Origin: Takakia lepidozioides
Taxonomy: Eukaryota > Plantae > Bryophyta
Length of the DNA: 64,000 bases
Reading direction: 5' to 3'
Assembly (NCBI GenBank): GCA_030704615.1
Contig: CM060732.1
Coordinates: forward strand, 29,760,001 to 29,824,000
Shown here piece by piece: positions 51,701-64,000 of this stretch (positions within the stretch are counted from its first letter, which is position 1; each line of letters starts with the position of its first letter). The notes under the pieces were generated by a model. The model ran no database searches and was not told the origin of the DNA. It was given only the letters and a program-made list of their open reading frames with translations. Both the position numbers and the translations under genes were made by a program.

Positions 51701-52440
51701 TCAGGTTGGTCTCACCATCAAGGTTCATGGTTTCCACATAGCAGATACCATCTGGGTAGCTGGAAGAGAAGATAAGGAGATCGGCGGGGAAAAAATTATC
51801 TTTGTCAACCCTAACAACATTCCCAACCTTCAAATTCTGCCATTCCGTTTCTTCAAAAATTCCATCTTTGATATGAACCTTAATTTTTCTTCCATTGATC
51901 TCTTTATCCTGCATGTGTCCAACTCAAGAGGTGACGGCTCTAGTATTGTGGATGTAACACTTTCTTTTGTGAGATAGAATCATAAAAGTCAGAGAGAACC
52001 CACACAAAACCCTAAAAATTAAAAGTATGAGTTTAACACACCTGCAAGTAGCGCCGCCAATCCTCAAGAGCCTCTTTGCACATACTCACCCCCACCACAA
52101 AAATAAGGGGAGCAATGAGACTGACAGGCGAGTATGGGGCTACAGGCGTGAGTGTTATCACCGCTGCAAGCAGAAAATAAAGATTTGCCACCCTCCGAAA
52201 CTGCTCAAACAAAGCTTTGGGAAAGAAAGTGAAAACATTGTATTTTGTGGTCGATACGTAGTTGGATCGATAATTGTAAGGCTTCACTATATGTCTTCTT
52301 GGCTGATTGCAAAACACAACTCTGGTAAAACCAGGTCCTTGAAGGGAAGATGACCCATCTCTTTCTACGACAGCCGAATTAAAACAGCCACCAAATGAGT
52401 AAAGTTTGCTCAACCTTAGTGTTCGCTTATCTCCTGCCAT
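45761..52440 (-). CDS. ALA: P4-type ATPase / phospholipid flippase (ALA family), 11 exons
   Basis: Motifs [40 protein letters not shown] and GDGAND. Exons: 52042-52440, 50545-51908, 50218-50328, 49500-49776, 49136-49224, about 48911-49019, about 48480-48689, about 47952-48077, about 47578-47676, about 47103-47294, and 45761-46387, with GT-AG boundaries. Confidence 0.95.
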
Positions 52441-54483
52441 TATTTTAGCTTGTAAAGTCATCCCAAAACTAGCTCCGTATAGGTAGGTAATAGAGAGCAG
52501 GCTCTGTTATAGCCAACGTATACAAAGAACGACTACGCTCATTATTTTTTGATTGTTTTCCTCCACTCTTAAATTGTCTACTTGCAACCGTTAGACATCT
52601 TGGTTCACCAATTCGATAATTTCCTCAAGTTTCATGTCATGGAATCAAAATAGAATAGAGCCACTGACTCTGCTCACTCACGTTCGATTCTGCAGTAGTG
52701 AAACTTCACCTTCCAATAAGCCATTCGATCAAATGTCTTAATTGCCACCCCATTACTTTCAGTTCTACTGAGGATACCTTGTCACAAAGCCTTTTAGCAA
52801 CCTCCAAGGGACCAAGAGAAAGATGTGGTGGAAGTCTTCTGAGATGAAAATTTGTCAAATAGAGGTTAGTTCATGCTAATCATGGCTTTGACCATTAATA
52901 AATGTCATATTTTGTTAACATGGTCCAATCTTTCACGTGATAGCTTGTTTGGCACAAATATCAACAAAATAAATAGAAAGAAACCTAGTATTTGAATGCA
53001 TCCAGTTGCATCTATCTCAAACTGCTTCATTGTGTACTACGAATGACCACCACAAGCGACGAAGTTTGGTTGGTGCCTTGCGTATAGGTGCCATAATTAG
53101 AATGAAGGGAGATTAACATTAAAAAGTGTCCCACATAAGGCTTACTCTCATACCTTTTTTTTTACCAATGACACAATCGAAGAGTAAGCTTTGAGGTTTA
53201 TACAAAAGTTGACGTAGTCTTTTTTGTAAGATACTTTCTATAAATTTCATGCTTCAATTTGGTTTTGTACTAATCAAAAGACTTGTTGTGGTTTGAAAGG
53301 TGGACGTATAAATCCTCTATTGGTGGCTCAAATTATTGGGATATTAGATCCTTAGTTTGAGAGTGTTTTGGTCAATATAACATGTTGTACAATCATGAAT
53401 CATAACATGAGGACCATGAAAATAATGTAGTATGGTTGTACTACATCCCCATCGATTCTAGCACTCTTTTGAATCTGTCGTGCACCTAACCATCGTGCCA
53501 CAACATACATCGATCATTGTCCAATAGCGCATTTCCTAGTATACAATCCTAGAAATCTATGCCACAATGATACTAGAAATGTAATGACCATAGTAGAATG
53601 CAATTGAAACCCTTCAAGCATGAAGACTCAACACGCTAAAGAGCAAACCTCAATGACTCTAGATGTAAATCTACTCTATCACTTAATAGTAGTAAAGTCA
53701 AAGGTTCATTTACTAATTAGATGAATCGATCATGCAACCCTCACATACATTCCCTCTAAAAAACTACAACGAACTAGGCTATGGAGGTGAGAGAGGCCTC
53801 AGAAGGCTTGACTAGAAGATGATGAGCCTCTTCAACCCTCATGTAGTGAAAACCCATTCCACATCCAAAGTGAGGTGAGTTTTGGAACATGGAACCAAAT
53901 GAAGCCTAGAACCAACAAAATCCAAAAATAAATGTATAACGTTCTCATTAACTAGAAATAAACCATGTATTCTTAATTATGACAAGGTGCGTGTGGTCGG
54001 CCACTTGTTCAAGCAATATGTGTTTTTCATAGATTCAGTAGATTCGATATTGGTGTGATGACAGATTGATGTGATAATCCATATTAGAAGTTGTACATTA
54101 GTTTTATTTATTTCTAAATAGAAAAAAAATTCAAGAAATTGAAGGAAAAATAATAATAATAATCTTGCCAAAAGCAAATGTAATTTATGGTGTCACTTCA
54201 CCCCCAAAATGGTTTTATAGCACCCAACACACATACATAATTTTGAATCTACAACCATTAATGAAATGATAGGATGCCACAATCATTGGGCTATCTACTG
54301 ACGCTTGTAGATGAGGACAAATGCTATTCCACTAAGGCTCTACATTGCTGCACAATACTAGTGACGACTTCTCACAACACTTACAAATATAAAAAGTTCA
54401 ACATTTATTTTATTTTGATTGATAATATAATATATTAAAGCTTCCCTTGGTGGATAGATTAGAGCATACCTAGTTGCAAATTT

Positions 54484-54554
54484 GGACGTGACGTGGCGTT
54501 GACGCGTCAGCGTCACGTCCGACGTCAGCGACGGACGCGCATCACGTCACGTCC
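54484..54554. repeat. CpG-dense inverted repeat (12-bp arms GGACGTGACGTG/CACGTCACGTCC), candidate element terminus
   Basis: The arms are exact reverse complements. The interior contains GCGTTGACGC and TGACGCGTCA. It sits at the boundary between AT-rich DNA and array D. Confidence 0.55.
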
Positions 54555-54619
54555 TAAACCGACGTTACTGTATATAAATATGTTTATTTTTTTACTTTAT
54601 TATTGACTATTTACTATCA

Positions 54620-55240
54620 ATCATGCGACCGTCAGCAAAGGTTGGTTGGACCAATTTTTATTTTTTTAAATAGGTGCGACCACCAGAAGGGGGTGGTCGC
54701 AAAAAAAAAATATTTTTTAAATGGGTGCGTGGTGGTCGCAACATTTTCATTTTTTTTAATAGGTGCGACCACAAGCAGAGGGTGGTCGCACATTTTTTTT
54801 AAAAACAAATTGGGTGCAACCACAAGCAGAGGGTGGTCGCACATTTTTTTTATAAAAAAAATTGGGTGCGACCACAAGCAGAGGGTGGTCGCACATTTTT
54901 TCTTTTTTTTTAAAATTGGGTGCGACCACTAGCAAGTGTTGGTCGCAATTTTTTTGTCTTAAAAAAATAGGTGCGACCACCAGCAGGTGGTGGTCGCAAC
55001 TTTTTCATTTTTTTTAAAATAGGTGCGACCACCAGCAGAGGATGGTCGCACATTTTTAATTATTTTTTAAATGGATGCGTTCACCAGCAGGGGATGGTCG
55101 CACATTTTTACTTATTTTTTAAATGGATGCGACCACTAGCAGGGGATGGTCGCATATTTTGTAATTGTTTTTTAAATGGGTGCGACCACCAGTCGGTGGT
55201 GGTCGCAGATTTTTTTTTTTTTGTATTAGGTGCGACCGCT
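54620..55240. repeat. Tandem array D: about 12 units of about 52 bp, GTGCGACCAC-N9-GTGGTCGCAC separated by T/A tracts
   Basis: Motif starts at 54763, 54814, 54866, 54920, 54971, 55023, 55075, 55127, 55180 and 55230, plus partial copies upstream. Confidence 0.92.
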
Positions 55241-55959
55241 CCCCTGACACGTGGCGAGGCGAATGGGCAGCAGAGGCGTCGCACGTCAGGCCTCTCCAGG
55301 CAGTACATAAGGGCCTACCCCTCATTCCCAACCCACTTTTTTCCCTCTCTGTGAGTGCGGTTCTGGGGCTTCTTGGAGTTTGAACTTCGGTGGCCAGGAC
55401 TGAGCGTGGGGGGGGGGGGGGGGGGGGGGGGGGGAAGAGAAAGTGGATTTGTGTGGGGGAGGAGTTTTTGCCTTTTTTTTCCTGGGACTGCGGGAGAGTT
55501 TGCTTTGGGTACTATACCAATAGAAGGTGAGGAAATTGGTCTGCTAGTATATAAGGTTATCAATTGTTTGGGTTTAGTTTTCGTTACGAAGCCGCGTCTA
55601 TTCCGCAAAGTACTTTCATCATGTCCGGAAACGTTTCTTCGAACGCAGTGTCAAGGGGTTCCTCGGGAAGTGGGCGTAAAGGTAGGAAGTGTAAACATGC
55701 ACATGAACGGGATAGTCAGGTCAACAAAAAAGACTATCCAAGCGCAGAGGCCGCGAAGGTGGTGAAGCAAGTAGTGCTGGATTATTTGAAGGACAATGAC
55801 ATAATGCGTTTGAATCTTTTGTATGTTCGATATGGGAATGAGGGGTTCCTTAGATTCCAGCACAATATGGAGATGAGAATGAGGGAGGCTTTGGCGGGGA
55901 TGAATGGGAGGAGGACAGGGCGAAGTTCCAGTTCACGAAATGGAGGAGGATCGGGCCCA

Positions 55960-57108
55960 TGATGCCACATGGAATCTGAGGCAAACCTATGGACAAGTTT
56001 GTTACGAGAACACCTGTAGCTGAAGGTCGCATGCCAACTTCGGAGGAGGAGTTGTTTGTGCTTGCCAAACGACGTACAAAAACCTCCCATGGAAGCAGGG
56101 TCCTCGTCCCGGATGCGGGCATTGAACGTGAGAACATATCCACAAAACGCACATATACAACAACTTGACACGCCCAAACAGGGAGGGTATGGTACAAATC
56201 GGAGGGTTAGAATGTTGGGGATCAATTCATTCCTCCATTTTGGGAGCTAGCAGGGAAAACGCCCAGCGAAATAAATTCTGAGCTTGCAAAGTCCAACATA
56301 ACAATGAGTTGTTGGCTGTAAAGTTCTATCATTTCGGCATCATAAAGTATTTTGCGTTGCATCCACGTCAAAATGAAGGTTACACACATTGGTGGAATGG
56401 GGGGGACCAACGATCATGGTGAGTATTGACAGGAAAGGGGGAAGTGGGAATGATCGGGATAACAAGGAGTAATGGAACGACGGGGGACGGAGCAAGAAAT
56501 GCAGGAGGTCAACCGACTGGTTCGATTCCGACAGAATCGCACCCAATTGGTTATGGGCGCTTTTGCACATCGTGCTCAACGTCCATAATCACCACCTCTT
56601 GACCAACGACATGTCTACCGACAACATCTTGTTGCATTTTCACAAGGGTCTGAAGATGTGTACATCGGGGTATGCGATTGGGGGACGGCTTCCACGACGG
56701 ATGACCCAAAAACCACGTTGTACATTTTCGAGAGCAGAGACAAGATGATAAGTCTCTCGCACATAGATGGTGGATGCAACTGAAATTGATAATGTAGCCA
56801 ACAACCAGTCAGATGGCCACCTCGTAGGCCCCTCTAATTGTGCCATCAGAAACCTTTGCAATTGGAAAGATAGCCCAGGCAATAAATGGGGGTAATACGT
56901 TCGATGCAAGTCTGTTCAACGATAAGTCGACTGGAACCTGTTTTGCTTCCGCTCTGGAAAACTTGTGTGTAGACACAGTAGAGTTGCGGTACAAACTAGA
57001 AAAGTTGTGAAGCGTTTTATGACAGGGCTATTCATTGGCCTGAGCCCAAAATTGCTGGAGGATGGATAGAAACTTGTAGACCTCTGACTGTACATCATGT
57101 TTGAATAA
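55960..57108 (+). pseudogene. Intronless protein-kinase-like pseudogene (frameshifted)
   Basis: Across frames: YTHWWNGG, HLLTNDMSTDNILLHF (catalytic-loop-like) and DVYIGVCDWG (DFG-equivalent). Confidence 0.6.
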
Positions 57109-57774
57109 ATATTGTTTTCAATTGTGTTTGTCTTGTACCATAATGTTTAATGGTTTGTTACTTGGCCATGGCACCTGGGTGCAACTTTGTGTACGTGATT
57201 TGCAACTTTGTGTACGTGATTTGTACGTACATTAAGCATATTGGGACCAAAGTTGAACTTCAACAAAGTTGTTTTGAATTGGTTATTCAAATTCATAAGG
57301 AGAAACAACATTTCGTCTGCACATGAATTGTTTTTAATTCCATTCTGAAACCATATGCTTGATAACAACATGAAGAGTTGCATGCAAAATATCACCATGA
57401 CAGACATCGTCTGCATCCAACACATAAATTATTTTTATTTCCCTCATTTGCACCTCCAAGTGAAGTTTATCTTCAACTGCATGCACTCTTCAAGAGAGAT
57501 TCTCTGCAATAGTGAAAATTATAGCAAAGGATGAGACGTTTTTTTTTCCAAACATTTTTCTTTGGTACATTTTTTGGCAAGGATGTGGTGGTGTGAGGGT
57601 TCAACTCACAGCACAAAAATCAAGCCAAAAACAAAATCATTGCGCCCCACTCTCATTGCGCCCACAATCCTATGCCCTCTAAATCATTTTATTTAGTAAA
57701 AGTGCAGTTCAATTCAAAAAATGGATGAAATTGTGAACGGAAACTTCCCCGATGAAATAATATTTTATTGCTCC

Positions 57775-58260
57775 GAAACTTTGCAAGTGTCTTCTACATG
57801 CCCTCTTACAAACGTCTTTGAGAAGTATGACTCAATCTAAAATGGGTTAAAGGGTGAACCAATCGTCCCCCTATCAATCAATTTAATTAAATTGATTTGA
57901 AACTTGCAAGTGTCTTGTACATGCCCTCTTACAGGTCTTTCACAAGTTTCAAATCAATCTAAAATGGTTAAAAGGGTGAATCAATCATGAACATATCAAA
58001 TGATTTTGGAGTGCTTTAAAGCTTTGCAAGTGTCTTTTTCACACATGCCATTTTAAAGGTACCCCACAAGGGTGGTATGGTGGGGTTAGTAAAATATGAT
58101 TGAAAGGTGGTGAACCATTGGTCCCCCTATCAAGATTTTTACATTGCTTTGAAGCTTTGCAAGTGTCAGCCACATGCCTCCTACAAGTAACCGGACAGTA
58201 TGACCTGAATAAAAAATGGTTTGAAAGGGTGAACCAATCATTCCGCTATCAAACAAATGA
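57775..58260. repeat. 4 degenerate tandem units of about 120-133 bp
   Basis: TTGCAAGTGTC...ACATGCC...AAGGGTGAACCAATC recurs at about 57780, 57903, 58023 and 58156. Confidence 0.75.
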
Positions 58261-58639
58261 TTTATATTGCTTTGGATGGTCATTGCTTTGGTTTCTAGAC
58301 CCCCAATGGCCCTTGTAACCCTTGAATTTACAATTCAAAATGCAATTCAAGCCCTTAAAAAAATTGGTACTGACAGTCCTAAAATGACCAAAAACCCCAT
58401 ACCCCCCAACATCCAAACCCCAGCCGCCCCTCAAATGAGGTTTGCTATTTCATGATGAGCATGAGCGAGCCATGAGCGGCATGAGCGGCATGATCAGAGT
58501 AGTAACACAATCGTTTTTCATGAGCAGAAGTACAAATTTCAATTTCGAAATAAAAACAAAAAACAATAAAAAAACAATAAAAAAAAAACAATAAAAAACA
58601 ATAATTTAATGCAATGTGTCAATCAGGAAAAACATATAT

Positions 58640-59425
58640 TTATTCGGCCCTTTAAGGAAAATTGCCCGCACTTTTGACAGTTGTGCTCATGAAATTTCGT
58701 CTTCCGCTCATGCCAATTCCATATCCCATCGACATGTCAATTATGGCGCCCGAATTTCGCGGTAAAGGGTCCGTAACCTGAAAAAACGGCGGCGTATTTT
58801 CGGCGGCAATAGGTCTTGTTCTGGCGAAAATAAAATGGTGCCAATTATTCCGCGGCTATAGGGGTCGCCCCCCCTCATGACAGGTAATTTCGGAGCGGCC
58901 CCTTGAAGGGAAAATTGCACTTTTGACAGTTTGCTCATGAAATTTCGTTTTCCGCTCAGCCAATCCCAGCGACATGTGCAAATATGGCGCCGAATTTCGC
59001 CGGTAATAGGGTTCCGTAACCTGCAAAAAAACGGCGGCGTATTTCGCGGCAATAGGTCTGTCTGGCGAAAAATGGTGCCGAATTCCGCGGGGATATAGGT
59101 CCCCTCATGACAGGTAATTCGGCGCATTTTTCCAGTGATGTTCGGACTTTAGCCAGTTTTTCGGCGCAAAATAGGGAAATCGGCGCCATTTTCCAGACAC
59201 TGTACCAGTGCATGTTGGGACTTAGCCAGTTTTCGGCCCAAAAAAGAGAATTCGGCGCCATTTTTCCAGACACGGTGTACCAGTGCCATGTTGGGACTTA
59301 GCCAGTTTCGGCCCCAAAAAGAGAAATTCGGCGCCATTTTCCCAAACACAGGGTACCAGGCATGTTGGGACTTAGCGAGTTTTCGGCCCCCAAAAAGAGA
59401 ATTTCGGCGCCATTTTTCCAGAAAT
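58640..59425. repeat. Array E: degenerate GAAATTCGG-CG-CC(G/A)ATTT palindromes; duplication of about 240 bp plus units of about 75 bp
   Basis: About 58650-58890 is duplicated at about 58895-59125; CGGCGCC cores at 59181, 59253, 59329 and 59405. Confidence 0.8.
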
Positions 59426-59589
59426 GGCCCCAGAACTGCTTGGTTGGATCTCAGTTTGAATGGAATATGCCTCATTCCAGGAGTTTTGGGGTGCATTTCA
59501 TTACACTGCAAAAAAAAAGTCTGATACAGCAAAATGCATTTGAAAATATCCATATGGAGGATTCCGTTTGCCCCATCAATGATTTCTGG

Positions 59590-62500
59590 AATCCTAAGGA
59601 GGAGTTTGTGCAGCTCGTTCACGCTCAACGCCGGTGCATGAATAAAGTCATCAATAGTCACGTTCATCCTCAACCTCTCAGGTAAATGTAATACAGATGC
59701 TTGCACGGATAATACTTCGAACCCGTCTTTGCTTCCATCAACGAGAAAGTCCGTACAGTTGCAAGTCGGCCCACTCCAATCGTAATTGTGTATACATCGT
59801 CGCGTACAGCCGAGCCGGCCGTTGCCATCCGATAACAAGCCAAGGCGGGTGGGGGTACGTCCACGGAGCTGAATAGTGCAAGCCATCCCAAGAGCATTGG
59901 CAATCCGAAGTCTATTCAACTGTGTGGAGGGTGTCGTCTCTTCACTCTTCCGAACGCATTGTGGGATGTGCAGAATTGTCAATCCGTTCTCTAATGGACC
60001 GAGCAGCATTATGCAATGGCTGGGTTGAGGAAACGGAATGCGTGGGCCGGGATGTCTGTGCGTTGCACCATTCGATAATCCTGCTGCAGAAGAGATCCGC
60101 CTCATTCTAGAGAGGCTGCAACCCGGTGCAACAGGCCAGACGCCCGGAGGCTCGGCATTCCCTGAATCCCGTACTTGGGCTTGCCAAATACACAGGTCAT
60201 TATGTCCGGCCTACAGAACCAAATGTCTGCGTTGTGGTTGAGCAAATGTGGGAGTCAAAAATCTGCCGCTGAAACAAGGTGCAGGTACAGCACCGTGTGG
60301 GTTCCTCCGAATCATCTCACCACGAGCGTGCTCTCGTATCCACCCGGGATGGCGCAACACTTCCCTCGAAATGCCGGCAATGTCCTCGCAATCTCCCACT
60401 GTGACTCCGACAACTGTCTCCACAATGGGAATTGTATTGCTTTAACAGATGCTCGTTATGTTGCCGGGGCACGCGCCCTGTGCTCAAAGGAGATGGCGAT
60501 CTTGAACGTGCAGGACTTCCGTGCTCGACGAGACCTCCTCGGACAACATCCAACGGACCACGAGGGGAGCGTGCGAATATTCTTGTCAGCTCGCCATGAA
60601 TCCTTCTTCTCCGCCAGGTGCCTCGTCAAGTCTTCGTCTCACTGGACGGGTATGAACATCTCCTTCCAAATGTTGGCATCTTCGAGCAGCAGTGGGTCCC
60701 GAAGGCCCTCTCGCAGGCCGCCGCCCACTTCCGAGGATTCTTCGATCTGGAGGCAGTCCGCATCAGCATTTCCTGCCGTCCGGCCCCAGCACCAAGCCCC
60801 ACTGTGTTTCCCTTTCAAGAACTCGTTGTACCTGCATTGCTGCATAATTGACCTCACAATGTCCTCGTTGTGTGAGTGAGGATGTCCACCAGATGCGCCG
60901 CAGAGGAGGCACGCCAGGAGAAGAGTGCACTGATTCGGCAATGTTTGTTGTGGGCATGTCGGGTCGGAGTCGAGACACATTTCCTGCACAAGCACATGTG
61001 AGGTTACAAGGCAAGTTACAAATATGGCCAAGAATAATATCCAACGGGACGCGAATTCGTGCAAACTCACCTCCCGCATATAGTCGCCGAACTGGAGGAA
61101 ACGATAATGCCACCATGCTAGCCAACTACCATTGCTCCTTCGTCTGATTTCCTTACAGCACCTGACGATGTCCACCAAGGCCCGTATGCATGCAAACTGT
61201 GTCTCTGCATCATCCAAGGTGGGGAGCGCGCTTCCAGCAAGGCACATGGACGGTGCTCCTCTCTGAAATCTGGCGCCACGAGCCTGGTTGTGTACTGCGA
61301 AGGCTCTCTGAAAGTGGAACCCACAAGAATCTCTCCTTGCCTTCCATGGGAACATTGGGGTCTTGCCCGTACACCCTTCGGATGGCAGCCCAATTTGCTT
61401 GTGCGTTGTCCGGCATGAAACCACGGAAAGGGAGGGGGCAATCCGCCTTGGCCATCTGTTCGTTTATCCCTGCCCAAAGAAGCATCTCCGATTGTGTGTC
61501 TCTCCTTTCATCTCACAAATAGCAATTGTCATAGCATCCTGCAGTGGGTGTCGTAGACATGTGCACCCATTGTCACCCACTGGTGATTTGTAATCCGCTT
61601 GATATGGTCGAAACATGACCCAACTGTTGACAAGTTCCACTCGTCATCCTGTCGACCAGTTCGACGCCACTGCCAGGTCCCACACGTGGACATTTTGAAT
61701 ACGAAACAACGATCTGCCTCAGTCCTGGTCCTGGAAACCTACTTCCATGAATGTAGTCATATCCACATCGTCGCTTCACCCCAGAATGGAGTGCATATCC
61801 GAGCCACGCCCAATTTTCTGTTTGCATGAGACAATGTGGTTTCGGGACATTCGGTGAACATACGTGGGACACCGACTCTAGCAATGCTCCATTTCCTTCT
61901 CGTCGAGAGGAACTCTATCCGAGCCGTCTTCCGACATAATTCTGGCCAATGCCATCTTATGGGCGGCTTGAGCTGTATCTGTTTGGGTTTGGCACCCGGT
62001 CTCAACCTTAACCTCCTCCTGAACGAGCGCTCGCCTTCGTGGGCAGCCTCCCGCGAGTTCCCCCTCGCCAATTTGTGACAATGAGGTAACCAACGTGTAT
62101 GCAAGCTCGGGTGAGGTCAGGGAAACGGTGCAACACATAGAACTGCTTGGCATACAAACAGACATGCAGTGTGTGTTCTTTGCAATGCGCACACTTAAAT
62201 GTGGAGTTCGGAACCTTCTCATGAGCTCGAAATGGTTGGTGAGCTGTGCCTGTCCAATCGGTCTCGTTCCTGTGACCTCTGGATTTAAAGTGGAAGCAAG
62301 TTGGGGAGAACACCGCAACGCGCCCGCACAAAAAACTTAGCGCACCCGCACACCATAAGCATTCATGCTGGTGGTTTTGGTAACGCACCAAGGATGACCG
62401 TCATGTTTTCTATCCATATCTGTCAACATTCCGGACGCCCTCGAGTAGTCCGCCCGAGGAGGGAACTCAAAGAAGATATTACGTCGACGTCGGCGGGAAG

Positions 62501-63135
62501 GCATGTAACCGATTTATTGCGAACTTGCTGTAGTCCAGCCCGGCCAGCTCCGACCGGTGTCCCTCCAGGTGAAGCCCTCGCCAGAATTTCTAGAATAGAT
62601 CGAACTGCGGTGCTCTGCTGGGAATATGACTCCCTCCTCCACTGACGTCCATTGAGGACTTGCCTGATCTCCAGGACGACCTCGGAACTTCCATGACCTC
62701 GTCTGAGTCGGACAGGTTGTGAACAACCGGTTCTCGGTCGTCTCATGGATGGGTTCGGCTCTGGATTTACTTCGTTGCGGACTTCTCTCTTTGAGGTACC
62801 CACTCTCTGATTCGCGGATTGTTTCGTGGAAGGCGCCAGGATAGACGGTGCATTTGGCGGGCAAATGAAGTCCCCAACAGCCCTGTATATGACGCTGTCC
62901 GATGGTGGAACTCGCCATTCCCTGCCATCGCCGAAATCATCGTGGAGCACAACAATACTCTCGACAACAAGGCCGTTGAGTCCTTCCTTTCCTCCTCCAA
63001 AAAAACCGACCCCGGTTTCAGGTGGTATCGAACGCACAGATATTTTCTCCATCACCCGGCAGGTCCCCTCTGCACGGAAATGAAGCTCTATGCTCGTGAG
63101 GAGGGGAGTACACTATAGCGCTCGGGTCCGCCATG
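59590..63135 (-). pseudogene. Third, divergent MULE transposase (GCM-DDE-SWIM), heavily frameshifted; intron 60984-61070
   Basis: MDRKHDGHPWCVTKT, CAHCKE, GSGVELVDRM, FMPDNAQANWAAIRRVYG, PDMPTTNIAESVH, PTCNCTDF...PCKHLYY and DDFIHAP. Confidence 0.85.
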
Positions 63136-63424
63136 GAGATGTGCACACAAGACTGCCAGGATGGCGTGCGGGGAAGCTCCCTGGTAGAAGGGGGTGCAGA
63201 GGATGGAATGAATGCGATGCCGATTTGTCGAGCGACGAAGCCTGATCCAAATCTAGGGAGCCAACTATCTCAAAAATCCACAGTCAGAGTGTAATGAACC
63301 TTGTCTCCGGAATGCGGCCCCTCGTCTTTGCGCAATAACTGCCAACGGATGCAGTCAGAAAGTGGGGGGCCGTCGGATGATGACGGCTGAAGGGATAAGC
63401 CGGCACCGTGCCGTCACATACTAC

Positions 63425-64000
63425 CCCCGAATGGAAATTCGGCACCCAACATCCAACAGAGGAAGCCCGCATGAAGTTGCCTCGGGCGCAGAGGCCGGAG
63501 TGTGTGCGACAGAGAACATCCCTGGATGGAGATTCGGCGCCGAAATTCCATCCGGTCCCCCCAAAGGGAGTCGTGTCGGGGGGTCAGGCCGAAACTGGAC
63601 GGCATAAAAACATCCCCAGATGGAAAAACGGCGCCGAATTTCCATCCGGGGCGATTCGGATGCAGTCGGGGAGGGGGGAGTGGCCTGCAGTTGGCTGTCA
63701 CATTTCAACCCCGGACGGAAATTCGGCAACGAATATCGAACAGGGGACGCCCGATGAAGTCGCCTGGGGCACAGAGGCCGCCAGTGTGCGACAAGAACAT
63801 CCCCTGGACGGACATTCGGCGCCGATTTCCATCCGGGCCCCCCAAGGAAGGGTTGTCGGGGGGTCAGAGCGAAAACTGGCCGACATAACCCTCCACAGAT
63901 GGGAAACGGCGCCGATTCAATTCGGGGCCGTTCCAAATGCAGTCGGGGAGGGGAAGGTCCGTAACCTTGGCAGTCATATTTCAACCCCCGGGACGGAAAT
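63425..64000. repeat. Array F: GGAAATTCGG-CG-CCGAATTTCC-type palindromes, period about 94 bp, 3-unit higher-order repeat of about 283 bp; runs off the window end
   Basis: Cores at about 63440, 63535, 63629, 63724, 63817 and 63907; 63431-63710 is repeated from about 63715. Confidence 0.82.

Overview
Eukaryotic land-plant DNA; a bryophyte-like host is a weak inference from TE types. It has spliceosomal introns and one apparently intact host gene, an 11-exon P4-ATPase/ALA flippase (45761-52440, minus strand). Most of the rest is transposable-element sequence or repeats. (i) One Ty3/gypsy family of non-chromovirus Tat/Athila type is present as four nested minus-strand copies, a plus-strand 3' LTR and a solo LTR with an ATGCG target-site duplication. 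The family has an unexplained ORF running through the PBS and an extra ORF after integrase. (ii) There are three diverged Mutator-like (MULE) transposases with GCM/WRKY-type zinc-finger, DDE and SWIM domains: one apparently intact, one internally deleted and one frameshifted. The most striking structure is a candidate transposon system. The intact transposase is paired head-to-head with a spliced ParB/Srx-fold (DGNHR) gene. These elements carry or adjoin arrays of dyad-symmetric motifs, one of them inside an intron of the ParB-like gene, and four arrays have periods close to whole helical turns (52, 53, about 94.5 and about 115 bp). This resembles a parS/ParB-like or VANC-like cis-array plus trans-factor module. 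All domain calls come from motif recognition by eye; no database searches were run.
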